This document shows positions 9,030 through 17,938 of a DNA stretch of 64,000 nucleotides, in pieces. A program made the position numbers and the translations under genes. The first letter of the stretch is position 1. Each line of letters begins with the position of its first letter. The notes under the pieces are model-generated. The model was not told where the DNA came from. It made no database searches and saw only the letters and a program-made list of their open reading frames with translations. The DNA is taken from positions 17,141-81,140 of the IMG/VR virus record IMGVR_UViG_3300020176_000010. The stretch is one strand, 5' to 3'. This stretch comes from a virus.

Positions 9030-10103
9030 CTAAACGCCGGAGATTCCTTCTGCAAGACGGCGATGTCCCGCCGCGAGAATGTTTTTTGCTGCATTCACGT
9101 CCCGGTCGTGTACCGCGCCGCAGTCGCTGCAAACCCATTCTCTTATTCGCAAACCTGCTCTACCTTTCGGACTGCTGGCGGGTATGGCCCCGCAGCACGA
9201 ACAAGTCTGGGTGGTGTAGCTTTCGTTGACTACCTCGAAGACGATACCGGCCTGCTGGCTCTTGTATTCCAACATCGTCTTCAAACTGGCCCAGCCCGCA
9301 TCCAGCGTGCTCTTGGCCATCTTGGTTTTGACCAGCTTGGCGCTGGCCACGTCGCCCACGAAGATGGCGGCGTTGTTTTTCACAAGGTTCGTGGTGAACT
9401 TATGGATTGCATCCTTGCGGCGATTCGCAATCTTGGCGTGTATCGCCTTGACGCGCTTTTTCTTCCGCGCCCGTTGCGCGACCGCCAGATGCGGCTCAAG
9501 CTCACGGAACCACCGTCCTTGCAGCTTGTCGCCGTCGCTTGTGGTGGCGCACTCTTTCAGACCCAAATCGATGCCAACAGCCGATGCCCCCTGGCTGGGA
9601 AGAGCCTCGACCTCGACGGCAACATTGAAATACCAGCGCCCACGGCTGTCTTCGTTGAACGATCCGGCTCGCAGCTCAAAGCGGCTCAGGCCATAGCTGT
9701 CCCACAGGCTGAATTTGTGCCCACCAAACTGGACTTGGCCCGACTTGTACTTGGCGTGCCCGCCCTTGAATGGAATCCAGCCAAGCGAATACTTGGGCGA
9801 CTTCGGGTTGCTGACGCGCCAGTTGAGGCGGGTCTTCTTGAACTGCTTGCGGCGTGTGGCGTACTCCACGCACACCAGTTGCACTGTGCCGCTGCCGACC
9901 GTAACGCCATCGCACCTGCTGTAGCCGGCGGTGAGCTTCTGTAGGTCGTAGGCGCTCAGCCACTTGCCACGCTCACGGATGGCGCGGCTGCTGGTTTCGT
10001 TGGCGAAGTTGAACACCTGATTCACGTCGCGCGCCATGCGCCGAAGCACACTGGCGTGCTTGTCCTTGATGCGAATCTTGAGTGTCTTCACTGCCGTCTG
10101 CAT
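9030..10103 (-). CDS. tnpB: TnpB RNA-guided endonuclease
   Basis: MQTAVKTLKIRIK start; RuvC-I VGIDLG; Zn finger TCSCCG..WVCSDCG; RuvC-III DRDVNAAKNI. Confidence 0.95.
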   Translation of the reverse strand: MQTAVKTLKIRIKDKHASVLRRMARDVNQVFNFANETSSRAIRERGKWLSAYDLQKLTAGYSRCDGVTVGSGTVQLVCVEYATRRKQFKKTRLNWRVSNPKSPKYSLGWIPFKGGHAKYKSGQVQFGGHKFSLWDSYGLSRFELRAGSFNEDSRGRWYFNVAVEVEALPSQGASAVGIDLGLKECATTSDGDKLQGRWFRELEPHLAVAQRARKKKRVKAIHAKIANRRKDAIHKFTTNLVKNNAAIFVGDVASAKLVKTKMAKSTLDAGWASLKTMLEYKSQQAGIVFEVVNESYTTQTCSCCGAIPASSPKGRAGLRIREWVCSDCGAVHDRDVNAAKNILAAGHRRLAEGISGV

Positions 10104-10109
10104 GGCGTT

Positions 10110-10161
10110 ATTGTGGCACGAAAATACGACGCTTGCAATCTGTTCTCGTGCCACGGATAAT
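10110..10161. promoter_or_regulatory. Bidirectional sigma70-type promoter with inverted operator pair
   Basis: Palindromic TTGCAA (10133-10138) lies 17 bp from GATAAT (+) and 17 bp from CACAAT (-). Inverted repeat GTGGCACGA (10113-10121) / TCGTGCCAC (10146-10154). Confidence 0.7.
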
Positions 10162-10167
10162 TCGGGC

Positions 10168-10329
10168 ATGGAAGAACGAAAAAAGACCGGGCGCCCGCCT
10201 GTCGCGCCGGATAAGGAATTGGTGCATGGCACGCTGCGGCTCACGCGCTCGCAGTGGGAAAAGGTTCGCATAGCTGGTGTTCCTGCACTACGGCTGCTGA
10301 TTGATCGATGGCGCCCGAAGAAGCCCTGA
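10168..10329 (+). CDS. Small putative ribbon-helix-helix DNA-binding protein inside the IS
   Basis: MEERKKTGRPP..HGTLRLTRSQWEKVRIAGVPALRLLIDRW, 53 aa, divergent from tnpB. Confidence 0.7.
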   Translation: MEERKKTGRPPVAPDKELVHGTLRLTRSQWEKVRIAGVPALRLLIDRWRPKKP

Positions 10330-10386
10330 CGGGCTTCGCGCTTTCCTTCCCCGGCCTGAAGGCCGAGGCTTGACGCGCATTCTTGG

Positions 10387-10953
10387 TCACGGATGCGGGT
10401 CATACACAAAGTCCTGCTTGCTCTTTGGCTCTTCTGATTTCAGGTGGCGCTCGATCTTCGCGGTGGCTGTGATGTGCATTCCAGACATGTAGCCATTAAT
10501 GCTCACGGGGTGTACTGTGATCAGCTTTTGCGAGTCGATGAAGTAGGCCTGTACGCCTCCTTGCGTGATGATATTCAGCCGACCAAACAGGTCGCCAGGC
10601 CCCCACCCCGCGGTGCCGAGATACTGGGTGATAGTGTCGCGAAGCGCTTCGTCAATCTGGCGCGCGATGCGCATGCCGAGCTGACTTGATATCTCATTGC
10701 TGACGTCGACAATACCCCGCGAATTTGGGACGCTCTCGACGCGGAATACTTCAATACCAAGACCCGCCGCGTACCCCAGAACCCCCTCAACAGCGCGCTG
10801 TTCCATGCCCTGCTGAAAAAGAAGAAGCGTCGCGCCGCGGCAGCCGGCCATATCGGATGGCACTCGCACCATTCGGTATTTCTGTATAAACATCTTCTGC
10901 GCAAACATTTCTGCAGTAATCGTGTTCCGCGCGCAAATCAAAAGCTGACTCAT
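10387..10953 (-). CDS. Hypothetical phage protein
   Basis: 188-aa ORF in a coupled operon; its TGA stop is part of the IS target TGAC. Confidence 0.65.
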   Translation of the reverse strand: MSQLLICARNTITAEMFAQKMFIQKYRMVRVPSDMAGCRGATLLLFQQGMEQRAVEGVLGYAAGLGIEVFRVESVPNSRGIVDVSNEISSQLGMRIARQIDEALRDTITQYLGTAGWGPGDLFGRLNIITQGGVQAYFIDSQKLITVHPVSINGYMSGMHITATAKIERHLKSEEPKSKQDFVYDPHP

Positions 10954-11246
10954 AAAACCACTCCTTCACTCCATGCGGCCACGTATTCAGCGCCGCGAAT
11001 GCTGTCCGTCCTGCGCACCATGCGCCACGCTGCGCGCCACGCCTTGCGTCTTGTCGGGTACATCTGCATCCAGCCCCAATGGCTGGTGATGCGATGGTCG
11101 TGCCCGTCGAAATAGTGCACAGCGCACCAGGTCTCCTTTGTCACGATGCACTCGTACACGTAGACCAGGTCCGCGTGCCCGCCATGGCCGCGGATCACAT
11201 CGAGCCGCCACCTTGTGTGGCCCTGCTTAATCCGGCGCCTTGTCAT
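10950..11246 (-). CDS. Hypothetical phage protein
   Basis: ATGA overlaps with both neighbours. Confidence 0.6.
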   Translation of the reverse strand: MTRRRIKQGHTRWRLDVIRGHGGHADLVYVYECIVTKETWCAVHYFDGHDHRITSHWGWMQMYPTRRKAWRAAWRMVRRTDSIRGAEYVAAWSEGVVL

Positions 11247-11839
11247 TTCGGCTGTATGCGAATACGCCGGTCATCGCCAAGCAGCCTGCGAATTTCATTG
11301 AATGCCACCATACGCTCCGATTCGACGTGCCTCGCAACCTTCAGTGCGACGTACCTGTTTGGCTTTGTTCTCAGCCGCTCCAGATCCTCCATGACGCCAA
11401 TGAGCTCAATGATCCTGTCTATCTTCTGGTAGTCGCTCTCGTTTCTGCCATCGAGCAGGGTTGACCTTTCGTTGCCAATCTTCTGCATGCGAGCTTCGAG
11501 CATCCTTGCCGCCTCCGCGTCAGCCTTCGCCTTATTCTTCGCGAGAAGCTCTTCGTTGCGCACGGCGGCTGGCGTCTTTGGCTTGGACTCCTGTGCAGAG
11601 GTCTCCTCTGGCGGGTTAAGAACCAGGGACCACACAATGCGTCCGCTGGCACTCTTTGAAGCCTCTACAACTCCGGCATCAAGTGCTACCTTCATTGCAT
11701 CAACCAGGTCTTGAGGCCGGTCGATGCAGAGAGCCTCCGCGAGATCCGGGCTTCGCATAGCGCAGTCGCACTCCCGCAGGTATGCAACCGCGCGGTGCGC
11801 GATGGTCCCTGGTTGCAGAATGTTTTCTCCAGTCGCCAT
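11243..11839 (-). CDS. Hypothetical protein with possible N-terminal winged HTH
   Basis: MRSPDLAEALCI..GRIVWSL; operon position. Confidence 0.6.
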   Translation of the reverse strand: MATGENILQPGTIAHRAVAYLRECDCAMRSPDLAEALCIDRPQDLVDAMKVALDAGVVEASKSASGRIVWSLVLNPPEETSAQESKPKTPAAVRNEELLAKNKAKADAEAARMLEARMQKIGNERSTLLDGRNESDYQKIDRIIELIGVMEDLERLRTKPNRYVALKVARHVESERMVAFNEIRRLLGDDRRIRIQPK

Positions 11840-11850
11840 TGCCTTAGCCC

Positions 11851-12798
11851 TTACGCTTGAGTGGATGCCGCAGCTTCAGCAGCGCTGGCTACGCCGCTTT
11901 CCGCCTCGCCCCCAAGAGCTTCGATCAGGTCTGGGATGAGCTTTACCAGCTCGCCTGTTGCAATCGCCACGTCAGTGTCAAAACCGCCGTCATCGACTTT
12001 AGCGCCCTCAAACACGGCGTCCAGGAACTGCAGCCTCTTCAGCTGACAGCCCTCGGTCAGCATGAACGAGACGCGGTCGCCCCAGGTCAGTGCCAGCTTG
12101 GTTGGCAGCTTGCCATGCTGGATGTGCTGCTGCACTTCGGCAATGTCCAGCGGGTGGCGGCCGTAGCGCACCACGGCCTTGCTTTCATCGCAGGCCTTCA
12201 GCTCACACTCGCGGTCAATGGTGAAGCTGTGCATCTCGTAGAGGTCGTCATCTCCGCCAGACAGCCAGTGCGCCATGGCGGCCTGCGGGCTTGTTTGCGT
12301 GCTGAGCAGCGACAGAGATAGACCGGGGATCGCATCAACCAATAGCGTCACGATCTCGTCGGCGCGGCTTTGGCTGGATGCATCAACCAGCAGTGTGCGC
12401 GCAGCAGGGTCGATCCACACCCAGGTGCTTGCCTGCTTCGTGAATGCGTACGGCAGCAGGTCGAGCAGAGCCTCTTCCTTGAGCTCCTTGGTCTCTTTGC
12501 GGCCAGGCTTGCGGCCAGTTTCTTTCTCGATGAGTGCGACCTTCTCCGCAACCTTGCGAGCCAGCACAGAGCCTGGCACAACCTTGGCCTCCGACATGAA
12601 GCGCAGGATCCACTGGCCAGCAACACTCTCAATGAGTGCTCCGTTCTTGTCGCCGCGCGGCGGAATCCACCCGTAGGACTTCTGCTGGGTTGCGCCGCAC
12701 TCCAGGAACGGAGCCTTGGCCAGAGAGCTCTCGATGGCGCTTAGGTCATCGCCCACAAGACTGTTGGCGATGCGATAAATGATTGCTTGTTTGAACAC
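11851..12798 (-). CDS. rdgC: Recombination-associated protein RdgC
   Basis: MFKQAIIYRI..SYGWIPPRG..LLDLLPYAF..GKLPTKLALTWGDRVSFMLTE..LIEALGGE. Confidence 0.95.
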   Translation of the reverse strand: MFKQAIIYRIANSLVGDDLSAIESSLAKAPFLECGATQQKSYGWIPPRGDKNGALIESVAGQWILRFMSEAKVVPGSVLARKVAEKVALIEKETGRKPGRKETKELKEEALLDLLPYAFTKQASTWVWIDPAARTLLVDASSQSRADEIVTLLVDAIPGLSLSLLSTQTSPQAAMAHWLSGGDDDLYEMHSFTIDRECELKACDESKAVVRYGRHPLDIAEVQQHIQHGKLPTKLALTWGDRVSFMLTEGCQLKRLQFLDAVFEGAKVDDGGFDTDVAIATGELVKLIPDLIEALGGEAESGVASAAEAAASTQA

Positions 12799-12802
12799 TT
12801 GA

Positions 12803-13000
12803 TTACTCCTTGTTGCTTACTTCTGGAACCTGTGTTGCCGCCTCTTTTTGGTGTGCGCTCAGCTTGAGCTGCTCGCGCAGCCTGTAGATCATCGCCTCAC
12901 GCTCGAGCAGCATTTTTTCTTGCACGCTGATGTGCCGCGTTGCCATTGCCAGCGAATTCTTCAGGGCCCGAAGGCGCTTCGTCGTGATGACGGTGATCAC
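12803..13000 (-). CDS. Hypothetical protein
   Basis: 65-aa coiled-coil-like ORF in operon. Confidence 0.55.
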   Translation of the reverse strand: MITVITTKRLRALKNSLAMATRHISVQEKMLLEREAMIYRLREQLKLSAHQKEAATQVPEVSNKE

Positions 13001-13001
13001 G

Positions 13002-13358
13002 TCAGCCTCCGTTCATCTTCTTGATGAATTCCGCGTACAGGTCGCCGAGCGTTTTTGCGATCGACCCAACCTCTTCTGCCTGCTTCTCCTCAAATCCAGA
13101 ACCAAGAAGTGCAGCCGATGAGGAAGCGCTTTCGGCAAGGATGATGATGCCTGGAATCTCTGGTAGATCATCCAAGACACACCTGCCCTCATTCTCGAGC
13201 TTCGAAGTCATTGATGCCAAAGCGAACATCATCTGATGCATGTTGAAGATGATCGAAACAGCTGTCACAAACTGCTCGCCCTTGATCTTCCGTGTGTTGC
13301 TTACGATTTCGTTCACAGATTCATGGAAGTCGTGCTTGATCTTTTCCGGGTTGCTCAT
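13002..13358 (-). CDS. Hypothetical protein
   Basis: ATG after AGGAG, downstream of the promoter/palindrome at 13382-13410. Confidence 0.6.
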   Translation of the reverse strand: MSNPEKIKHDFHESVNEIVSNTRKIKGEQFVTAVSIIFNMHQMMFALASMTSKLENEGRCVLDDLPEIPGIIILAESASSSAALLGSGFEEKQAEEVGSIAKTLGDLYAEFIKKMNGG

Positions 13359-13444
13359 TGAATCTCCTTTTGATGGCGCCAATTATCACACGAAAAGTTG
13401 GCGCCACAACAAAAACTTGCGTTCGTGGCGCAAAAAAGCAACGG

Positions 13445-14086
13445 CTATTTCGGCAGCTGCTCCTTGAACCAGCTGTCGTATGCGATATGCACGCCTGCCA
13501 GGTAGTTGATCGCACCAAGGATCTCCGCCTGGGCCCGGCCATCCTGCAGGCGGCGCGACTCGCCAGCCTTCTTGGAGGCCTGGTACAGCATGCCATCAAC
13601 GCTGCCGAGTGTGCGGCTGATGGAGCTCATCGGCTGATCCTCGAACTGCACGCCAGCGCTTGCGTGGCGGTCCTTGCCCTTGCCATTGGCGGCCTGATCC
13701 AGTGCTGCCACCAGAACGTTCAGCAGCTTCTCGTAGCCCTTTGGCACCTCGATCGTCAGCATGCTGCGGTCAGGCTTGCTGGCAATGTCGACGCCAAAGG
13801 CGACTGGCTTGACTTCTTCGCCCTCTTGCTCTGCGGGTGTCTCGACACTCTTCGCCGGCTCATCTGGCAGCAGGTGGGTAAGGTCGTCTGAACTGTCCCC
13901 GGCATCACCGAGGTCGCCCCACGCCTTGCCGTTTTTTCCGCAGCTGCCAACATCCTCGCCAGTGCGGTCGCTCAAAAGATTTACCGGGAAGTCATGATGA
14001 CCATCGATCGAACCAATCCGAACAACATCACCACAGCGCGTGCGCCACCGCTGCCCAACAGCGATCTCAATTCCGTTTACTGCCAT
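13445..14086 (-). CDS. Hypothetical phage protein (QAANGKGKDRHA motif)
   Basis: RBS GAGGA; C-terminal helical domain AEILGAINYLAG. Confidence 0.7.
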   Translation of the reverse strand: MAVNGIEIAVGQRWRTRCGDVVRIGSIDGHHDFPVNLLSDRTGEDVGSCGKNGKAWGDLGDAGDSSDDLTHLLPDEPAKSVETPAEQEGEEVKPVAFGVDIASKPDRSMLTIEVPKGYEKLLNVLVAALDQAANGKGKDRHASAGVQFEDQPMSSISRTLGSVDGMLYQASKKAGESRRLQDGRAQAEILGAINYLAGVHIAYDSWFKEQLPK

Positions 14087-14088
14087 AG

Positions 14089-14259
14089 CTACTTCCTCTT
14101 CGAATTGAATAGGCGCCAGCATGCTGCGCAGCGCCACTTGCCAGGCGTCAGCTCGACGCCGCTTGCCTGCTCCTTTTTCTCGCCACACTGCACGCATTCG
14201 CGAAGTGGGCGAGCATCACGGAGCGACCCATCAAGAGCGTGATACTGGTGATGGGCCAT
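14089..14259 (-). CDS. Small zinc-finger protein
   Basis: CVQC..CAAC. Confidence 0.55.
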   Translation of the reverse strand: MAHHQYHALDGSLRDARPLRECVQCGEKKEQASGVELTPGKWRCAACWRLFNSKRK

Positions 14260-14263
14260 GGCG

Positions 14264-14956
14264 TTAGAACGACTTGCCGCCCTCTGTTGTGCGGTTCTCG
14301 ATCTTGTGATCTGGCCGGTGAGCGTTGTAGCGAATCTTTTCTGCAATTGCGCCGCCGAGATCCATTTCCAATCCGCCCGCCAGATCGCAAATGCGAATGA
14401 CAGCATCTGCCAGCTCAACCTCCAGCATTGGGCGGTGCGGCAGCTTGTCGTCCATCAGGCCCTTGCGGTGGCCCTCCAGACCTTCGGAGACCTCGCTGTG
14501 CACCAGGGCCAGCTTGGTGCCAATCCACAGGCTGAGGAACTTCGTAGGCCACAGGCGCACATCCTCGCCGGTCTCTGTGTCTTTCCACCAGCCGGAGCTT
14601 GCTGCAGCGCCGTGGCACACGGCCACCAGCAGGTTGCCTGAGTTGGCCACATCGTCTGACGATACATCGGCAGAGCCTTTGTTCTCTGTCACGGAGCCGA
14701 GCAACGAGAGCAGCATGTTGTAGGCGTACTGCATGTCCGTGGCGCGCTCGTCGTCATCGAACTTGATGTCGCTCAACAGGTCCGCGGCGATGCCCAGGCG
14801 GTCGGCTGCAGGCGATTGATCCTTCACTGCGGTGACGTACGCCTTGACCAGCTCCTCTGCATCGGTGATGTCGATGCTGGACTTGCGTGGGCTGAGAACG
14901 ATGGAGGCAGCAACTGCGTGCTGCAAGGCGGTCTGGCTGATTGGTGCGTGGTTCAT
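14264..14956 (-). CDS. MazG-like all-alpha NTP pyrophosphohydrolase
   Basis: ALVHSEVSEGLEGHRK..EVELADAVIRICDLAG..EKIRYNAHRPDHK. Confidence 0.85.
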   Translation of the reverse strand: MNHAPISQTALQHAVAASIVLSPRKSSIDITDAEELVKAYVTAVKDQSPAADRLGIAADLLSDIKFDDDERATDMQYAYNMLLSLLGSVTENKGSADVSSDDVANSGNLLVAVCHGAAASSGWWKDTETGEDVRLWPTKFLSLWIGTKLALVHSEVSEGLEGHRKGLMDDKLPHRPMLEVELADAVIRICDLAGGLEMDLGGAIAEKIRYNAHRPDHKIENRTTEGGKSF

Positions 14957-15147
14957 TGTGTGTCCTTGTCGTCCGTTCTGGACGTGAGATTGAAATTGGG
15001 GCCGAACTCAAGGCCATCGCGCGGACTGGCTGTGATTCGGTTGCGGTGGGTGCAGTCCACGTGGCTGCACTCCCATGTTGCATTGCTTCCAAGAGGCTTC
15101 CCTGCGGAGGCCTTCTTGCTGCAAATGGCGCACTGCTGCTGTTGCAT
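14953..15147 (-). CDS. Small Cys/His-rich protein
   Basis: CAIC..ECSHVDCTHR; ATGA overlap. Confidence 0.55.
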   Translation of the reverse strand: MQQQQCAICSKKASAGKPLGSNATWECSHVDCTHRNRITASPRDGLEFGPNFNLTSRTDDKDTQ

Positions 15148-15383
15148 CAGCGCAGCGTGGCGAGGCCCAGGCGATGCTTCTCTGCCTTACGCGTCAGCTT
15201 GCTGCCTGCTGGGCGCTTAGGGCCCTTGGTGCGCGAGCGGAAGACGTACCCGCCACGTGAGTTGACGGGCGCAGGGCCAAATGGCGTGAAGCCGAGTGGG
15301 TTGAGAGATGTCGGCGCACCGACGCCAAACATGGCCGCAATGGATGCAAGGATGGTTGCTGCTTTCATGGGTACTGCTTTCAA
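15147..15383 (-). CDS. Small basic hypothetical protein
   Basis: Coupled to the next gene; start uncertain. Confidence 0.5.
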   Translation of the reverse strand: MKAVPMKAATILASIAAMFGVGAPTSLNPLGFTPFGPAPVNSRGGYVFRSRTKGPKRPAGSKLTRKAEKHRLGLATLR

Positions 15384-15440
15384 AAGTTGATGGGCCGAAG
15401 CCCATATTCTAACGCAAGTTTTTGTTGCTACTGCAGAAAA

Positions 15441-16010
15441 TCAGAAGGGGACATCTTGGTCAAAATCATCAAACCCACTTCCACCACCGCCGCCTCCGCC
15501 GTAGTTCTGCTGCTGGCCCTGCTGTTGGCGCTGCTGCCCGCCCTGCTGTCGCTGATGCGGCACGCCGTACCCGCCGCCACTCCCTTGGGGTGCCTGGCGC
15601 TGCTGCTGCCGCTGCTGGCCGCCGCCGTAGCCGTCATCATAGCCACCGCCATCGCCACCGCGGCCGCCGCCGTCTTGGCGCGGGCCCAGCATCTGCATCT
15701 GGCCGGCGCGGATCTCGGTGCTGTACTTTTCAACGCCGGACTGGTCCGTCCACTTGCGGGTGCGCAGGCTGCCTTCCACGTACACCTGCGAGCCCTTGCG
15801 CAGGTACTGGTTTGCGATTTCGGCCAGCTTGCCGTTGAATACGATGCGCACCCACTCGGTGTGCTCCTTATGCTCGCCGGTTTGTTTATCCTTCCATTTC
15901 TCCGTGGTGGCCACGGTGATGTTGCAAACCATGTCACCCGAAGGGAACGTCCTTGCTTCTGGGTCGCGGCCAAGGTTGCCGATGATTTGAACCTTATTCA
16001 GACTTGCCAT
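15441..16010 (-). CDS. ssb: Single-stranded DNA-binding protein
   Basis: [37 protein letters not shown]; G/Q-rich linker; acidic DFDQDVPF tail. Confidence 0.97.
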   Translation of the reverse strand: MASLNKVQIIGNLGRDPEARTFPSGDMVCNITVATTEKWKDKQTGEHKEHTEWVRIVFNGKLAEIANQYLRKGSQVYVEGSLRTRKWTDQSGVEKYSTEIRAGQMQMLGPRQDGGGRGGDGGGYDDGYGGGQQRQQQRQAPQGSGGGYGVPHQRQQGGQQRQQQGQQQNYGGGGGGGSGFDDFDQDVPF

Positions 16011-16467
16011 TTCTCTTCACTCCGTTTTTTATTGCGATCCGTCCAGCGTACTGCCGACTGATTCCAAACTGCCTTCCAATATCTGCGTACGGGACCCCAT
16101 TCCTTGCCAGCTCAACGATCGCTAACTCGTCTTCAGCGCCGATGACTGTGTGCGGCAACATGAATCCCTTTGCTTGGCGCCCTTTCTTCACGGCGTCCTG
16201 CATGTTCTCCTTTCTCGTTCCGGCGAATAGATGGAGCGGGTTGATGCACTTTCTGTTGTCGCACAGATGGCACACATCAAGCCCATCAGGTATTTCCCCG
16301 TTGACAAGCCTGTATATGTGCCGATGTGCCCCATCAGCCTTTCGGTTGACTGTCGCCCTGGCGTAGCCGTTGCCTTGGACGCACCCCGTGTACTCCATAC
16401 ACCCGGCTTCTGTTGTTACTGTTTTCCTCAGCAGCGTCGCCGCGCTGCCGCAAACATCAAGCAGCAC
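15994..16467 (-). CDS. HNH homing endonuclease
   Basis: [40 protein letters not shown] plus C-terminal HTH. Confidence 0.9.
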   Translation of the reverse strand: MLLDVCGSAATLLRKTVTTEAGCMEYTGCVQGNGYARATVNRKADGAHRHIYRLVNGEIPDGLDVCHLCDNRKCINPLHLFAGTRKENMQDAVKKGRQAKGFMLPHTVIGAEDELAIVELARNGVPYADIGRQFGISRQYAGRIAIKNGVKRNGKSE

Positions 16468-16477
16468 AACCGAATCG

Positions 16478-16747
16478 CTACAGCGTTTCGTTCAGGTTCT
16501 TGCTGGGGCGAAACTTCGCCACCCGCTTGGCCTTGATCTTGATTGGATCGCCAGTGCCAGGGTTGCGGCCGGTGCGCGCAGCACGCTTTGCCAGCTCGAA
16601 TGTCCCGAAGTTTGTGATGCTCACACTGCCGCCGCGGCGCAGCGACTTCTTTGTGCGCTCCACAAAGGAATCGAGCATGCGCGCGGCCACTGCCTTGCTC
16701 ACATCCGCGTCCGCGGCGATTGCCCCGATCAGTTCTGACTTGTTCAT
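16478..16747 (-). CDS. HU/IHF-family DNA-binding protein
   Basis: MNKSELIGAIAADA..NFGTF..RAARTGRNPGTGDPIKI..KFRPSKNL. Confidence 0.95.
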   Translation of the reverse strand: MNKSELIGAIAADADVSKAVAARMLDSFVERTKKSLRRGGSVSITNFGTFELAKRAARTGRNPGTGDPIKIKAKRVAKFRPSKNLNETL

Positions 16748-16775
16748 TGCTTGCTTCTTTCTGCCCTGCGGGCGG

Positions 16776-16982
16776 TTACTGCGCACCCTTGCGCATTTTC
16801 TTGTAGGCCTTCTTCAGCTGGATCTCCATGCCTCGGACGGTCAGTGGGTTGTTGATCACTCGGTCGTGCCCTTTGATGTTCGCAATGACGAGCTCTCGCT
16901 CGGGTGCTGCGTACATCTGCTGGTCCATGGCCATCTCTTCGCGCGCCAGTTTGCGCAGCCGCTTGGCCACGCGCCCGCTCAT
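16776..16982 (-). CDS. Hypothetical protein
   Basis: MSGRVAKRLRK..LKKAYK; RBS GAGG. Confidence 0.6.
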   Translation of the reverse strand: MSGRVAKRLRKLAREEMAMDQQMYAAPERELVIANIKGHDRVINNPLTVRGMEIQLKKAYKKMRKGAQ

Positions 16983-17029
16983 TTGAGAACCTCGCTCTTT
17001 TTCATCTGCTACTTTCGACGATATTGAAA

Positions 17030-17938
17030 CTATGCCAGCAGCAGGGCCGCCAGCGGTGAAGAAAGCTGCGCAGGGGCCGCAGCTGCAGCCTGACTCACAA
17101 CAGCCCGCGGCTCAAGGTCCGTGGGCGCATCGGTCGACAGGATGTTTGAGTTCAGTCCGTCGCGACGGAATGGCTTGGACCAGAACTTAATGGCCTCCTC
17201 GACGCGCGCATTGAATGCCATGAGCTCCATCTCCATCTTCTCGATGAAGTTGTCGTCTCGGTACACCCGCTTGACCAGGAGCTCGTTGCGCACGTTCTTG
17301 AGCTGCGGCATCCAGATGATGTTGTCAACCCACTCCCACCCGCGGATCCACATTCCGCCCTGCACCTGGTGCTCGTACTCAGAAAGGTCGAGGCTCTGGA
17401 CCATCTCGCGCAGCTTTGCCGTGCTGGACGGCGTCTTGATCTCGATGCCGCCGTTCTGGCCGCGCACCTTGCCATCAGTGCTGTAGCCGAACAGTCGATC
17501 TTCGGTGAGCGCGATACCGCTCTCCACAATCTCGACGTCGTACAGCTCCTCGTAGCGAGCGCGGGCCCACATCTCCTCCTCATTGCCGCGGCGCATAGCC
17601 TGCGTCTGGTAGGTATCGCCGTATGGTTTGCCGCTGATGCGCTCGAACGCGAGCTCGTCGCAGTAGGCGATCGACGCACTGCTTGGGCCGACTGTTGGCT
17701 TGCCAGCCAGCGCGTCCGCCACAGACTGAGCTTTGGGGTCAGCCTTGTAGCCGGCGATTGCGCGAGCCTCAGCCTTGTCCTTGCCAGCCAGGATGGCGTC
17801 GACATAGGCGCGCTGCTTATCGTCCAGCGTGGACACCGTGGAGATGGCGGTGCTGAACATGCTCGCGGTAATCACACCGACGCGCGCCAAATGCCACTCT
17901 GGAGTCCCTTGTTCACACTCGATGATGTGGTAGCTCAT
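17030..17938 (-). CDS. YqaJ/lambda-exonuclease family protein
   Basis: EQGTPEWHLARVGVITAS..GYSTDG..GIEIKTP..QVQGGMW. Confidence 0.92.
   Translation of the reverse strand: MSYHIIECEQGTPEWHLARVGVITASMFSTAISTVSTLDDKQRAYVDAILAGKDKAEARAIAGYKADPKAQSVADALAGKPTVGPSSASIAYCDELAFERISGKPYGDTYQTQAMRRGNEEEMWARARYEELYDVEIVESGIALTEDRLFGYSTDGKVRGQNGGIEIKTPSSTAKLREMVQSLDLSEYEHQVQGGMWIRGWEWVDNIIWMPQLKNVRNELLVKRVYRDDNFIEKMEMELMAFNARVEEAIKFWSKPFRRDGLNSNILSTDAPTDLEPRAVVSQAAAAAPAQLSSPLAALLLA

Larger units (their letters stand above)
9013..10385 (-). mobile_element. IS200/IS605-family element lacking tnpA (IS1341-like), 1373 bp
   Basis: Minus strand left end TGAC|CAAGAATGCGCGTCAAG-CCTCGGCCTTCAGGCCGGGG hairpin; right end GAAT-CTCCGGCGTTTAGGCCGGAGA-GGATGTCAA|. 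No TIR or TSD. Confidence 0.9.

Noticed and set aside
8775-9944. 389-aa plus-strand ORF
   Set aside because: Antisense shadow of tnpB.
9013-10385. IS607 element or CRISPR-Cas12f locus
   Set aside because: No serine recombinase and no repeat-spacer array; the ends are IS605-type hairpins.
9030-10409. 459-aa version of TnpB from the ORF track
   Set aside because: The extension crosses the IS left end and the opposite-strand gene; ATG at 10103 fits the promoter and normal TnpB size.
15480-15680. Low-complexity triplet repeats
   Set aside because: They encode the ordinary G/Q-rich SSB linker.
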